From: a virus | Lineage: Duplodnaviria; Heunggongvirae; Uroviricota; Caudoviricetes | Virus record (IMG/VR): IMGVR_UViG_3300020156_000001 | Span: 234,321-298,320 of that record | Reading direction: 5' to 3' (one strand) | Length of the DNA: 64,000 bases | In this document: piece by piece, positions 46,994 through 56,778 of the stretch | How positions within the stretch are numbered: the stretch's first letter is position 1 | How the letters are laid out: each line of letters begins with the position of its first letter | The notes under the pieces: model-generated | Told to the model about the DNA's origin: nothing | Seen by the model: only the letters and a program-made list of their open reading frames with translations | Databases searched by the model: none | Program-made: the position numbers and the translations under genes

Positions 46994-47749
46994 TTATCCA
47001 ATGATAAAGCCATATCCCATATTTTGTTCAACTTGTGTGGAAACTTCAAGCTCCAAGCGTTGCATCTCAGCATCAGCGTCCGCTTTTAGCTCCGCCGCAT
47101 TTAGTGTTGTACCACCTTGTGGACCAACCATGCTTGCAAACTTACCGCGTGCTTCCGCCAAAAATAGCTTGCACTGGGCTTTTGCATAATCACGTAACCA
47201 GGGACGAGCATATGTGTCGTTGAGAAGTTCTTCTTCGCTGCGCTTTACATAGATTTCAGCGAGAATGGTTTCCTTTGCCTTCATGTGACGGCCAATGGTC
47301 AAAGTGTGGGTGGACTCATTCCAAGTGTAGTTGATAAAGAGACCAAACATGCGACCAACGGTTTCTTGGAAACCCGCATAAAGTTCGTAAGTAAGAAGGG
47401 AGCCGCTACCCGAGCCAAGGCCAATGCTGCTTTGGTTAACAAATGCTGCACCAAACGGATCAAATGCAACACCAGTACCACTTGCGGTACCAGAGGTTCC
47501 ACGACGATAAAGCTGCTTTACTTCAACAACTTCGTCGGGCAAAACATATGAGGATTGTTCAGGCTGAAGGTCGATAAACGTATAGCGATCACTTACAGCG
47601 TTGGAGCTACGTTGACGGTAACGATCCAATGCGAGATCCACAGCAAGATCATAATGTTCAGGGGTTAGTTCAACGCGAACCATACCACCACCCAAAGTCA
47701 AAGCAATCTCTCGAATAAGCTTTTGACGAACACTCGTGTTTACAGCCAT
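46994..47749 (-). CDS. gp13: Neck protein (T4 gp13-like)
   Basis: Start reassigned to MAVNTS (RBS aaggag); VELTPEHYDLAVDLAL, WLRDYAKA and GGTTLNA; divergent from gp14-like. Confidence 0.75.
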   Translation of the reverse strand: MAVNTSVRQKLIREIALTLGGGMVRVELTPEHYDLAVDLALDRYRQRSSNAVSDRYTFIDLQPEQSSYVLPDEVVEVKQLYRRGTSGTASGTGVAFDPFGAAFVNQSSIGLGSGSGSLLTYELYAGFQETVGRMFGLFINYTWNESTHTLTIGRHMKAKETILAEIYVKRSEEELLNDTYARPWLRDYAKAQCKLFLAEARGKFASMVGPQGGTTLNAAELKADADAEMQRLELEVSTQVEQNMGYGFIIG

Positions 47750-47806
47750 GGCGATCTCCTTTTTCCTCCTACTATTTAAGTAAATATTGGAAACTGGGAG
47801 AATACT

Positions 47807-48874
47807 ATGGCGCGCATGAGTCTTTGGGATCCACGTAAGAATCTCGACTACGAATTTATTGATGCAAACATTCAAGAACAATTCGACATTGCCGCGACCA
47901 GCATCTTCGTTCACAAGTATTTGGGCATCAGTGAAACAAGCGGTCCCACAGCAATTGAAGATCCAGTCTTCCAAGAGAATCGCACGCGCAAATATGATCC
48001 GGACATTTATGAGCTCCTAGGCACGTATAACGTACAGGACCTAGAATACGATCTCACACAGTTTGGTCAGATTGTTGCCGCTGACATTATGTTTATCACT
48101 TTCCACTTGAATGACCACGTTCGTCGTCTCGGCCGCAAAATGATGCCCGGCGATGTGTTGGAAATTCCTGCCCTACGCGATGATATGCTACTGAATGAGG
48201 ATACTCCACCGGTAAACAAATACTATGTGGTTGAGGAAGTTGCGCGTGAAGCCAATGGATATTCACCAACATGGTTCCCCCACTTGATCCGTACAAAATG
48301 CCGTATCATCACAAGCTCACAGGAATTCGAAGACATCTTCAATCAGCCACCACTCGATGGCAATGGCGATCCAATCGATGGTGTTGGCAGCGGTGATAAT
48401 GGCAACCTCACACTCGAAGACATTATTGCGGATTATCAAGGCAAACTCAACAACAACGCCAAAGCTGTTGAAGAAGCCGAAGCCGCTGTTGATCGTCGTA
48501 ACTTTGAAACTGCCCAATTCTATGTTGTGCCGGGTGATGAGCTAGGTAAACAATATCCGTGGATTTTTGCAGGCGATGGTCAACCACCAAATGGCGCACA
48601 ACTTGTTGGCAGCGGTAATCGTTTCCCAACAACTGAAGAAGGCGCACAAGAAGGTGATTGGTACCTACGTACGGACATGGAGCCCCACGTATTGTACCGC
48701 AAGGATGGTCCTCGTTGGAGACGTCAGGAAGTTGATTACCGCAAGAAGTGGCAAGCTGCGCACCGTATTCTTGAATCGTTTATCAACAACAAGAATATCA
48801 CAACAATACAAGGCGATAGCTTTGATGAAAAGCAAAATATCGCCAAGATCCTTGGTCCCAAAGCGGACTTTTAA
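47807..48874 (+). CDS. gp14: Neck/head-closure protein (T4 gp14-like)
   Basis: DLTQFG...MFITFH...MPGDVLEIP...YVVEEV pattern. Confidence 0.7.
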   Translation: MARMSLWDPRKNLDYEFIDANIQEQFDIAATSIFVHKYLGISETSGPTAIEDPVFQENRTRKYDPDIYELLGTYNVQDLEYDLTQFGQIVAADIMFITFHLNDHVRRLGRKMMPGDVLEIPALRDDMLLNEDTPPVNKYYVVEEVAREANGYSPTWFPHLIRTKCRIITSSQEFEDIFNQPPLDGNGDPIDGVGSGDNGNLTLEDIIADYQGKLNNNAKAVEEAEAAVDRRNFETAQFYVVPGDELGKQYPWIFAGDGQPPNGAQLVGSGNRFPTTEEGAQEGDWYLRTDMEPHVLYRKDGPRWRRQEVDYRKKWQAAHRILESFINNKNITTIQGDSFDEKQNIAKILGPKADF

Positions 48875-49044
48875 TATGTGATTGTGGAGGCCAATGCTTT
48901 TTCCAGCTTGGCTTTTGCATCATACGCCGGTGTAAGATAGCAAGAATTCTTTACCTTGCCAGACCAGAAGTCGACCTTTACGAGATGCCTCGCATAGTCT
49001 TCGACCAGTTCCATAAGACGTTCGACTTCTGGATTATTAGCCAT
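48871..49044 (-). CDS. Small hypothetical protein (57 aa)
   Basis: MANNPEVERLMELVEDYARHL...; overlaps the upstream stop; below track cutoff. Confidence 0.4.
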   Translation of the reverse strand: MANNPEVERLMELVEDYARHLVKVDFWSGKVKNSCYLTPAYDAKAKLEKALASTITY

Positions 49045-49294
49045 TCATAGCCTCCCAATACTGTTCAGTAGCGCGACGAACACGAATCGCCCGTGCTTCA
49101 TCTTCGGCCGAAACAGTTTGCTCGTGAATATCATGATCTTGCGTGCCATCGAGAACATCGTGGTATGCGTTGATCAGATCCTGAACAGTAACGCCGGGTG
49201 CAATTTCCTGTACGAGAAGTTCCTTAATTTCCATCTTTTCGATCTCCTGTTTGTACCAGTAATCTAGCACAAACAGGAATCCTGTCAACCGCAT
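49037..49294 (-). CDS. Small hypothetical protein
   Basis: Probable start MEIKEL after aggag. Confidence 0.5.
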   Translation of the reverse strand: MRLTGFLFVLDYWYKQEIEKMEIKELLVQEIAPGVTVQDLINAYHDVLDGTQDHDIHEQTVSAEDEARAIRVRRATEQYWEAMNG

Positions 49295-49785
49295 TATTCC
49301 TGAATTTTGTACTGGGTGCGACGATAACGCTTCCAGTTGCGATCCTTCTTGTCATAGCGGTAGATTTCATCCCAAAGAGTTGGGAGATCACCACGGCGAG
49401 GACGGCGCTTGAACTTAATGTGCTCAAGGTCTTCGTCATAGCTGAGGAACTCTTCCTCACGACGTTCCTGCTGAGTGGTGGGGTTGTGGTATCCCCAGTT
49501 CTTACGGCGCTTGCGCTTTGCACCCTGAGTTACAGGGCCGTTGCGGAACTTGTCCTTACCAAAGCGTTCCTTGCGCCACTTCTCGTCGTACTTGCGACGA
49601 CGATAGCTGAACAGTTCGTAAACGCGCTCGATGTCTACGATCTGGTGATCGTAGAGGTCACGAACACGAAAGTTGCGAGCAGTACCACTGTAAAAGCTGT
49701 ACCAGTGGTGGGTGACGATTTCGTCAAAGGTTTCGAATACGTGCCGGTTGAAGGGCCAGCCGTAGTTGATTACCTCGTATGCCAT
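49294..49785 (-). CDS. Basic (Arg/Lys-rich) hypothetical protein
   Basis: C-terminal RRPRRGDLPTLWDEIYR...NWKRYRRTQYK. Confidence 0.6.
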   Translation of the reverse strand: MAYEVINYGWPFNRHVFETFDEIVTHHWYSFYSGTARNFRVRDLYDHQIVDIERVYELFSYRRRKYDEKWRKERFGKDKFRNGPVTQGAKRKRRKNWGYHNPTTQQERREEEFLSYDEDLEHIKFKRRPRRGDLPTLWDEIYRYDKKDRNWKRYRRTQYKIQE

Positions 49786-49794
49786 TTTGTTTCT

Positions 49795-49895
49795 CCATTA
49801 GGTTAGCCTACCTAATGGAACTGATCTGCGGCCTTCTGCACTTTCGTGGTCTCCAGTTACGTGTGGCACATTAACACGTATTCCTATGTTGTCAA
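49795..49895 (-). promoter_or_regulatory. Early promoter plus structured 5' leader
   Basis: TTGACA (49890-49895)-16 nt-TAATGT; aactg/cagtt stem enclosing cac-GAAA-gtg; 9-bp ccattaggt/acctaatgg stem overlapping the RBS. Confidence 0.55.
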
Positions 49896-49940
49896 GCCCT
49901 GATAAATATCAGGAGCACTTCCATATTTAAGGAGATCGAA

Positions 49941-50384
49941 ATGATTACAAGCAAAAAAGGTGTGAGCCTAATTAAGTTCTACGAGGGTTTCCGCGCACAG
50001 GCTTATATTTGCCCAGCTGGTGTTCCAACTATTGGCTACGGCACAACTAGTGGCGTAAAGATGGGTATGCGTATTACAGAAGCTGATGGCGAACGTCTTC
50101 TACAGGCTGACCTCCGTCGTTTTGAAGCGGCTGTTGAGCGTTATGTAAAGGTAAAGCTAAGCCAGACTCAGTTCGATGCGTTGGTAAGCTTCGTATACAA
50201 TTTGGGCGAAGGCAACTTTGCAAGCTCCACACTTCTCAAGCTGTTGAACCAGGGTCGTTACGACTTGGTTGGTGATCAGCTAATGCGTTGGAACCGTGGT
50301 GGCGGTCGTGTTCTTGATGGTCTTACAAAGCGTCGTCAGGCTGAAACAGACCTCTTCAACACTGGCAAGCTTAACTTGAAGTAA
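49941..50384 (+). CDS. Endolysin, GH24 lysozyme
   Basis: FYEGFRAQAYICPAGVPTIGYGTT (E-x8-D/C-x5-T), QFDALVSFVYNLG and LTKRRQAE. Confidence 0.92.
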   Translation: MITSKKGVSLIKFYEGFRAQAYICPAGVPTIGYGTTSGVKMGMRITEADGERLLQADLRRFEAAVERYVKVKLSQTQFDALVSFVYNLGEGNFASSTLLKLLNQGRYDLVGDQLMRWNRGGGRVLDGLTKRRQAETDLFNTGKLNLK

Positions 50385-50392
50385 AGGTTACT

Positions 50393-51787
50393 ATGGCACT
50401 GGATTATTTCTATCACGGACAATTTCGCGCTTATATCGTACAAGTTCAGCGTGCGCTATCAGGGTTTCAGACTCAGTTTGGAACCAATGCCGATGGCACG
50501 CCCAAGCTACGAGTTGTGCCTATTACATGGGCACCACAAGATCGCCTAGTTGCTTCAATTTTGAAGAATAATTCAGAAAACACGATTCTGTCTACGCCTT
50601 CGATGAGCTTTTACATTACTAATGTGGAAATTCCAGCGGATCGTAGACAGATTCCAAATCACGTTGACACACGCAATGTTGTTGAACGTGAGATCGACCC
50701 TATTTCAAACAAATATACGGCGCTCCGCGGTAAATCATATACCGTGGAACGCTTTATGCCTGTTGCGTATGACTTGTATTTTCAAGTTGATGTTTGGACT
50801 TCCAACATGCAACAGAAATGCGAGATACTTGAACAGCTTTTGGTTCTCTTCAATCCAGGTCTTGATATTCAAACCAATACCAACGCATTGGATTGGACCG
50901 CACTTACCACAATGAGTTTGGAATCCGTTACGTGGACAACCCGTAGCATTCCCATTGGCACTGCCTTTGATATGGATATTTCCACACTTACACTAAAAGT
51001 ACCCGCGTGGATTAATCCACCGGCAAAGCTACAGCGCGAGCGCATTGTGGAGCAAATCATCACAAACATCAGTGCGCTCAACGAGAGTGAAATCGCTGAG
51101 AACTTGGACTTTGATCGCGCTGCTATTGATTGGGCGCGTGGTGATGTTTTTGCTCGTGACATTGTAACCCCTGGCAATCATCACGTTCTTTGGGATGGTG
51201 CTACTATTCAGCTGCTTGGTGAAAACTCCCGCAGTGTTGATGAGCATGGTAACGCTTGGGATTGGAACTTGCTATTCGAGAAGTATGGCAAATACCGCGC
51301 CGGCGAAAGCGTGCTGCGGTTTAAAACCAACGATAACATGGATGATCATGATTCCGACATTGTTGGTACAATTCAAGTGGACAATGAGGATCCAAACATC
51401 CTTCATTTCAACATTGATATTGCCAGCCTGCCAATGAATACCATTCCACCGATCAACGGCATTATTGATCCGGATCGTGTTTGGCCTGGCAACCCTGACA
51501 ATCCTCTCCCAGATCCACAAATTGGCGATCGTTACATGATCCTCAATCCAATCCGCAAGAATCGTGAAGGTCATCCTTGGGGTGAGTTCTTTACTGCGCA
51601 TGCCAATGATATCATTGAGTTTAATGCTGATGGTGAATGGGAAATTGCTTTTGATTCCTACGTTACCGTGGACAAGCACACCGTACTAAATTTGCGTAGT
51701 GGAAAGCAGTTGAGCTGGACTAATCAGGAATGGACCAATACGCTGGCTGGTGAATTTGGTCCAGGCTTCTGGCGTATTGCTCTTTAA
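50393..51787 (+). CDS. gp15: Tail terminator/completion protein (gp15-like) with C-terminal extension
   Basis: YFYHGQFRAY, VVPITWAP, PSMSFYIT, PVAYDLYFQVDVW and QILVLFNP-like EQLLVLFNP. Confidence 0.7.
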   Translation: MALDYFYHGQFRAYIVQVQRALSGFQTQFGTNADGTPKLRVVPITWAPQDRLVASILKNNSENTILSTPSMSFYITNVEIPADRRQIPNHVDTRNVVEREIDPISNKYTALRGKSYTVERFMPVAYDLYFQVDVWTSNMQQKCEILEQLLVLFNPGLDIQTNTNALDWTALTTMSLESVTWTTRSIPIGTAFDMDISTLTLKVPAWINPPAKLQRERIVEQIITNISALNESEIAENLDFDRAAIDWARGDVFARDIVTPGNHHVLWDGATIQLLGENSRSVDEHGNAWDWNLLFEKYGKYRAGESVLRFKTNDNMDDHDSDIVGTIQVDNEDPNILHFNIDIASLPMNTIPPINGIIDPDRVWPGNPDNPLPDPQIGDRYMILNPIRKNREGHPWGEFFTAHANDIIEFNADGEWEIAFDSYVTVDKHTVLNLRSGKQLSWTNQEWTNTLAGEFGPGFWRIAL

Positions 51788-51836
51788 TTGACACCCTAAG
51801 TGTTTCCTGTTAGGCATCGGCAAAAGGAGATCTGCC

Positions 51837-52385
51837 ATGCCTACGGTTTTCATGATCCGACATATTCCTACGGGTAAGTATTCCCTTGGTGGAATGACGC
51901 CAGGTTTTTCTGATCGTGGTGGCAGGATTTGGACTTCCGCAGGCTCCTTTAGTGGACATCTTGGTATGTTCAAGATTGAGCAACTTGCACAACATTATAA
52001 GGACTGTGAGTTTCTCAGCTTTGACTTGAGTCAGCCCACTACGCAACAGGATGTGAATGCGTTTGTGCGCCGTGCAAAGCTTAAGGATAAACTTACGGCA
52101 AAGCATAGGGATCCAACATTCGCTCCATTTATCGACAAGCTTGATCGTGATAATCTTGCTGAAAAGTTTCAGTGGGTAGTGCTGATCGATGGATACCAAG
52201 ATCGAGACCGCAAGCAGGAAATGGCCAAGGAAGCAATCAAGCGTTTGAAGATCAAACGCGATTCTTATCGCACCTCTGGACTTACGTTTGCTTTTGCAAA
52301 CAAGATGGACGCGGCCAAGTTCCGCCTCAGCATTTCCGGTGATACTTTTTCCTACGACAGCACAACACTATTGGCTGTAGACTAA
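51837..52385 (+). CDS. Hypothetical protein with F-x-NK-x-DA-x-x-FRL motif
   Basis: FAFANKMDAAKFRL; sigma70-like TTGACA at 51788. Confidence 0.6.
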   Translation: MPTVFMIRHIPTGKYSLGGMTPGFSDRGGRIWTSAGSFSGHLGMFKIEQLAQHYKDCEFLSFDLSQPTTQQDVNAFVRRAKLKDKLTAKHRDPTFAPFIDKLDRDNLAEKFQWVVLIDGYQDRDRKQEMAKEAIKRLKIKRDSYRTSGLTFAFANKMDAAKFRLSISGDTFSYDSTTLLAVD

Positions 52386-52394
52386 CGAGACACG

Positions 52395-52937
52395 ATGATG
52401 AATTTTGACATCAATAGCCTCCAACACATTGGTGGTGTTTGGACTGGCTCCAACTCAATTGAATACCATACGCTTGGAATTGTTAACACGACTAACATAC
52501 CCCACGATGGTCGTTATGATCCTCGCGTGTACTTTGACAACTTTGCGTTTCTTGGTCCTCAATACAATAGTAGTGACATTGCCAAGTTTATTACTCAACC
52601 TCACCACGTAAGTGGGTATAATGAAGAAGCCCACTGGACTGAATCATTTATCATTGATCACAAAGATTATGAGCTAGTTGTTAATGGCTTGGAACGTGCA
52701 AGGGTGTCAAAGAAGAATACTGAAGTTGGCGTGTTTAAGGTATCACTTAACTATACGTTCACACAAGTTAATACCACTGTGGACGAATATGCGGAAATCC
52801 GTAAATGGAATGCGCTGAAAAAGCTAAGCATGGATGAAATCAAACTTCTCAACTTGGAGAAGGAGATGGTTCATTTAAAACTCAAGTATGGAACCTCAAA
52901 TGAGTCCAAGCTTGATATTGACAGTTTGTTTGGCTAA
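52395..52937 (+). CDS. Hypothetical protein
   Basis: 180 aa. Confidence 0.55.
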   Translation: MMNFDINSLQHIGGVWTGSNSIEYHTLGIVNTTNIPHDGRYDPRVYFDNFAFLGPQYNSSDIAKFITQPHHVSGYNEEAHWTESFIIDHKDYELVVNGLERARVSKKNTEVGVFKVSLNYTFTQVNTTVDEYAEIRKWNALKKLSMDEIKLLNLEKEMVHLKLKYGTSNESKLDIDSLFG

Positions 52938-52957
52938 AAGGCTTCCATTTTATTAAG

Positions 52958-53065
52958 TTGACATTGACGTCCTCACCGTTTATAAATAAAGGTACGTTGA
53001 AGCGAATGTGTTGATCCCGGTCACATGTTACGCCAGGCGGCATAAGTGGCCCATCTACGGTGAGG
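52958..53065 (+). promoter_or_regulatory. Composite sigma70/late promoter and structured leader of NAD operon
   Basis: TTGACA (52958-52963)-17 nt-TATAAA overlapping TATAAATA (52981-52988); cctcaccgt 52971-52979 is complementary to acggtgagg 53057-53065. Confidence 0.6.
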
Positions 53066-54880
53066 ATCATGTTAAAAAATATAGCTGTGCTTCAGCTCAA
53101 TCCTATTGTCGGCGATATCGCCGGAAACTTCAAGAAAATCGTCGAAGGTTATGAGAACGCTCGCGCCCAAGGTGCCGAGCTTGTCGTTACCGGCGAATGT
53201 GCTCTTACAGGATATCCTATTGAGGATCTTGTATTGCGTCCATCCTTTATGGAAGCTGTCGAAGAGCAAGCAGAACAACTTATCAAATTAATTGCTCTTA
53301 CCGACGGTCCATCGCTGATCTTTGGAACACCCATGCGGATTCGCAATGGGCTGCTTGGAGCAAACAAGCTCTACAACACTGCAATTTTAGCTTATTCGCT
53401 TTCCGACTACCAAGCCACTTTTGGTAACACCGTTACAAAGCCAATGAACTACTCGGTTCACGCCAAACACGAGCTGCCCAACTATGGGGTGTTTGATGAA
53501 AAGCGCGTGTTCAACAGTTCGCCCGTGCATGACATTCGGGCAGTTAAATGGCATGACTTTTGGCTTGGAATCATGGTTTGCGAAGACACTTGGTTTCCAA
53601 CAGTTAGCCGAGAGCTTGCACTTAGCGGCGCCGACTTTCTCATCTCGATCAACGGTTCTCCCTATGAAGATGGCAAGCGCGTAACTCGCCGGCAAATTGT
53701 TGCTAACCGCATGAAGGAAACTGGCCTTCCAATGCTTTATGTGAATCTTGTCGGTGGGCAGGATGAACTGGTGTTTGATGGCGGATCGTTTGGCTTTGAT
53801 GGCGAAACGATGTTTGAAATGCCCGAGTTTGCAGAAATTCGCAATCACTGGAACGCTCAGTTTATCAGCCAATCACTTCGCGATCTTCCTTTGGAAGGCG
53901 AACGTTTGGAGCCAACCAATCATCCTTTGGATTGGTCCAAGTGGGTTATGGTAACCCCAGGTGATGTTGGACATACTTACCGTGCAAGTGTTCTCGCAAC
54001 ACAAGACTATCTGCAAAAACAAGGCTTTACCGATGTTGTTATCGGTTATTCCGGCGGTGTTGACTCCGGCCTAGTTGCTGCGATTGCAGTTGATGCGTTG
54101 GGTCCCGAACACGTTACGTTGGTGTCGTTGCCATCGAAGTTTTCTTCGCAACACTCCAAGGATGATGCGCAAGAAGGTGCAAAGCGTTTGGGCGCTGAGT
54201 ATCGCGTGATCCAAATTGAGCCGGTTGTTGCGGCTCTCCGAATGGCTTATCAAAGCCAAGTTATCCCAGGCAATTTTGAGGATCCGCAGGACTTCTCACG
54301 CAAGCTTACTGGCACGGCTGATGAAAACATTCAAGCTCGCGCACGTGGTACAATCCTCATGGCAATCTCAAACCAGGAAGGCAAAGTTGTTCTAACTACG
54401 GGCAACAAGAGTGAAGTATCGGTTGGGTATGCTACGCTTTACGGTGACATGGCCGGCGGCTTTAACCCAATTAAGGACTTCTATAAGACTCGCGTTTGGG
54501 CAGCTTGCCGTTGGAGAAACGCGCTCGATGCGGGTCAGTGTATTGAATTTGGCTTGTATGGTCCTCACGATACGGATGTTGTTCCTGAGGAAATCATTGT
54601 AAAGCCACCGAGCGCAGAGCTTCGGCCGGATCAAATGGATTCTGATAGTTTGCCCCCGTATGAGGTTCTTGATGATATTCTCCACAAGATGATTGAGGAA
54701 GAATTATCAGTCAAGGATATCATCAACAGTGGTCACAAAGAAGAACAGGTACTCAGAGTTCGAAGACTGGTTGACATTGCCGAATATAAGCGTAGACAGA
54801 GTGCACCAGGTGTAAAAACAACAAACAAGTTGCATGGTCGGGAACGTCGTTACCCAATCGTCAACAAGTGGAGAAACTAA
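53060..54880 (+). CDS. nadE: Glutamine-dependent NAD+ synthetase
   Basis: Nitrilase E-K-C triad (GECAL, KHELPNYGVFDEKR, VCEDTW) plus GYSGGVDS, TTGNKSE, YATLYGD and PPSAEL. Confidence 0.95.
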   Translation: MRIMLKNIAVLQLNPIVGDIAGNFKKIVEGYENARAQGAELVVTGECALTGYPIEDLVLRPSFMEAVEEQAEQLIKLIALTDGPSLIFGTPMRIRNGLLGANKLYNTAILAYSLSDYQATFGNTVTKPMNYSVHAKHELPNYGVFDEKRVFNSSPVHDIRAVKWHDFWLGIMVCEDTWFPTVSRELALSGADFLISINGSPYEDGKRVTRRQIVANRMKETGLPMLYVNLVGGQDELVFDGGSFGFDGETMFEMPEFAEIRNHWNAQFISQSLRDLPLEGERLEPTNHPLDWSKWVMVTPGDVGHTYRASVLATQDYLQKQGFTDVVIGYSGGVDSGLVAAIAVDALGPEHVTLVSLPSKFSSQHSKDDAQEGAKRLGAEYRVIQIEPVVAALRMAYQSQVIPGNFEDPQDFSRKLTGTADENIQARARGTILMAISNQEGKVVLTTGNKSEVSVGYATLYGDMAGGFNPIKDFYKTRVWAACRWRNALDAGQCIEFGLYGPHDTDVVPEEIIVKPPSAELRPDQMDSDSLPPYEVLDDILHKMIEEELSVKDIINSGHKEEQVLRVRRLVDIAEYKRRQSAPGVKTTNKLHGRERRYPIVNKWRN

Positions 54881-54882
54881 CA

Positions 54883-56208
54883 ATGAGCATGGTCAATATC
54901 GCCCAGCGCGTTCACAATCACAACTATAAGCTGGACCCGATTGTCCGCTCACTGTTGGACACCGACTTTTACAAGCTGCTTATGATGCAGTTTATCTTCA
55001 AGCACTATGCGGATATTCCCGTTACGTTTGCGTTGAAGAATCGCACAAAAAGCGTTCGGCTTACTGGCGATGTTTCCTATGCGGATCTTCGCGCACAACT
55101 CGACTATGTAAAGAACTTGCGCTTTACAAACACGGAGTTGATCTGGCTGCAGGGTAACACCTTCTACGGCAAGGTCGGCATGTTTGAGCCCGAGTTCATC
55201 AACTACTTGCGGACATTCCAACTCCCCGACTACGAACTTAACGGCTCCTACGACACTTCCGACAATGAAGCTATCCACTTGGAATTCAAGGGCACGTGGC
55301 TGGAAGTTACGCTTTGGGAAATCTACGCGCTATCGATCGTCAACGAGCTGCGCAATCGCAAAGCAATGGAACGCATGAGCGAGTTCGATCTCGACATCAT
55401 GTATGCGCGTGCCAAGACCAAGCTTTGGGCCAAGTTTGAAAAGCTCAAGAACCTCGATGGTCTAAATCTCACTGATTTTGGTACACGCCGTCGCCACAGC
55501 TTTCTCTGGCAGGAATGGGCCGTTACGGCTGCTCGTGCTGCGCTTGGCGACAAGTTCACAGGCACTTCCAATGCTTACTTGGCAATGAAGCACAACTTGG
55601 AAGCAAAGGGTACCAACGCACACGAACTTCCAATGGTTCTTGCTACTCTCGCCGGCAACGACGAGGAACTCAAGCAAAGCCAGTACAAGGTGCTGGTCAA
55701 GTGGCAAGACACTTACGATGGTGCGTTGTTGATCGCACTACCCGATACGTTTGGAACAACTCAGTTCCTACGCGATGCACCGGAATGGCTGAACAAGTGG
55801 ACTGGCTTCCGCTATGATTCGAAGGATCCCAAGACCGCCGGCTACGAAACCATCGAATGGTGGAAGAGCCGTGGTGTTGACCCCAAGACCAAGCTTGGTC
55901 TGTTTAGCGATGGTCTTGATGCCGACGACATTGTTGAGCTGCAAAATGAATTCCGCGGCAAGATGCGCGTTGGTTTCGGCTGGGGCACATTGCTTACCAA
56001 CGACTTCCGTGGTTGCCACCCCAATGAGGAACTGGCTGCATCGCTTGCACCGATCTCGCTTGTATGCAAGGTCAAGGAAGCAAATGGTCGTCCCGCTGTA
56101 AAGCTTTCGGACAACTATACGAAGGCCACTGGCACGCCGGAAGAAATCCAGCGTTATCGCAACGTATTTGGCACTGATGGCGTTGCAAACGCTCCAGTAA
56201 CAGTGTGA
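54883..56208 (+). CDS. pncB: Nicotinate phosphoribosyltransferase
   Basis: SLLDTDFYKL, DFGTRRRHS, GTSN, GTNAHE, LPDTFGT, RYDSKDP, FSDGLD, FGWGTLLTND and VKLSDN. Confidence 0.95.
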   Translation: MSMVNIAQRVHNHNYKLDPIVRSLLDTDFYKLLMMQFIFKHYADIPVTFALKNRTKSVRLTGDVSYADLRAQLDYVKNLRFTNTELIWLQGNTFYGKVGMFEPEFINYLRTFQLPDYELNGSYDTSDNEAIHLEFKGTWLEVTLWEIYALSIVNELRNRKAMERMSEFDLDIMYARAKTKLWAKFEKLKNLDGLNLTDFGTRRRHSFLWQEWAVTAARAALGDKFTGTSNAYLAMKHNLEAKGTNAHELPMVLATLAGNDEELKQSQYKVLVKWQDTYDGALLIALPDTFGTTQFLRDAPEWLNKWTGFRYDSKDPKTAGYETIEWWKSRGVDPKTKLGLFSDGLDADDIVELQNEFRGKMRVGFGWGTLLTNDFRGCHPNEELAASLAPISLVCKVKEANGRPAVKLSDNYTKATGTPEEIQRYRNVFGTDGVANAPVTV

Positions 56209-56215
56209 GGCACTA

Positions 56216-56476
56216 ATGGACGAGTATACTTGCTTTTTAGTTGTTGAACACTCGCATAGTGAACCGGAAGCTCGGTTCACGCTAGTGGACGAGGCAACTT
56301 ACCGTGCGGCTGTTGATACCATTGACAGTGAGGGTTGGATTCCTCAAGGCGTTGATCCAATTATTCGGCTTAGTGAGAAGGGCACGTTTACTTCTCCAAT
56401 AAAGCTGATCGAATGGGTTAAGCGGATGAATCTCACTGTTAGCGACGAAGTTCACTCTTGGGCGGATCACGACTAA
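56216..56476 (+). CDS. Small hypothetical protein
   Basis: 86 aa in the NAD operon; RBS gagg. Confidence 0.55.
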   Translation: MDEYTCFLVVEHSHSEPEARFTLVDEATYRAAVDTIDSEGWIPQGVDPIIRLSEKGTFTSPIKLIEWVKRMNLTVSDEVHSWADHD

Positions 56477-56778
56477 TGGCACATGATGTTTACCTTATCG
56501 GCCTTTGGGACGATTACATGACCTACTATATGGTCGATCAAGCCGAGTGGGACAAACTTTCCAAGTCTCGCAAAAGTCTCGGTGATATGGATTGGACTCC
56601 GCTTGTAATTAAGGAGCTCCTCGATCTCACTGACGAGGAACGCGCTGAGTTTGATCGGCTCGATGAAGAAGAGGGTGAAGGCGAATATGACGCCTCCTTC
56701 GATCTTGACGCAATCCTAAGGTTTGTTAAAGAGGGAAAGATCAACGTTTTAGGAACAGCGGAAGGACTTCAGCTATGA
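56476..56778 (+). CDS. Small acidic hypothetical protein
   Basis: Start reassigned to MAHDVY (coupled to the upstream stop); D/E-rich. Confidence 0.55.
   Translation: MAHDVYLIGLWDDYMTYYMVDQAEWDKLSKSRKSLGDMDWTPLVIKELLDLTDEERAEFDRLDEEEGEGEYDASFDLDAILRFVKEGKINVLGTAEGLQL

Noticed and set aside
47750-47974. Long N-terminal extension of the gp13-like ORF overlapping gp14-like
   Set aside because: It overlaps the divergent gene; the RBS and late promoter support a start at 47749.
49795-49860. c-di-GMP-I riboswitch match for the leader
   Set aside because: A GAAA hairpin and CCUAA are present but the conserved GGCAAAC...GGACGCAAAGC core is missing.
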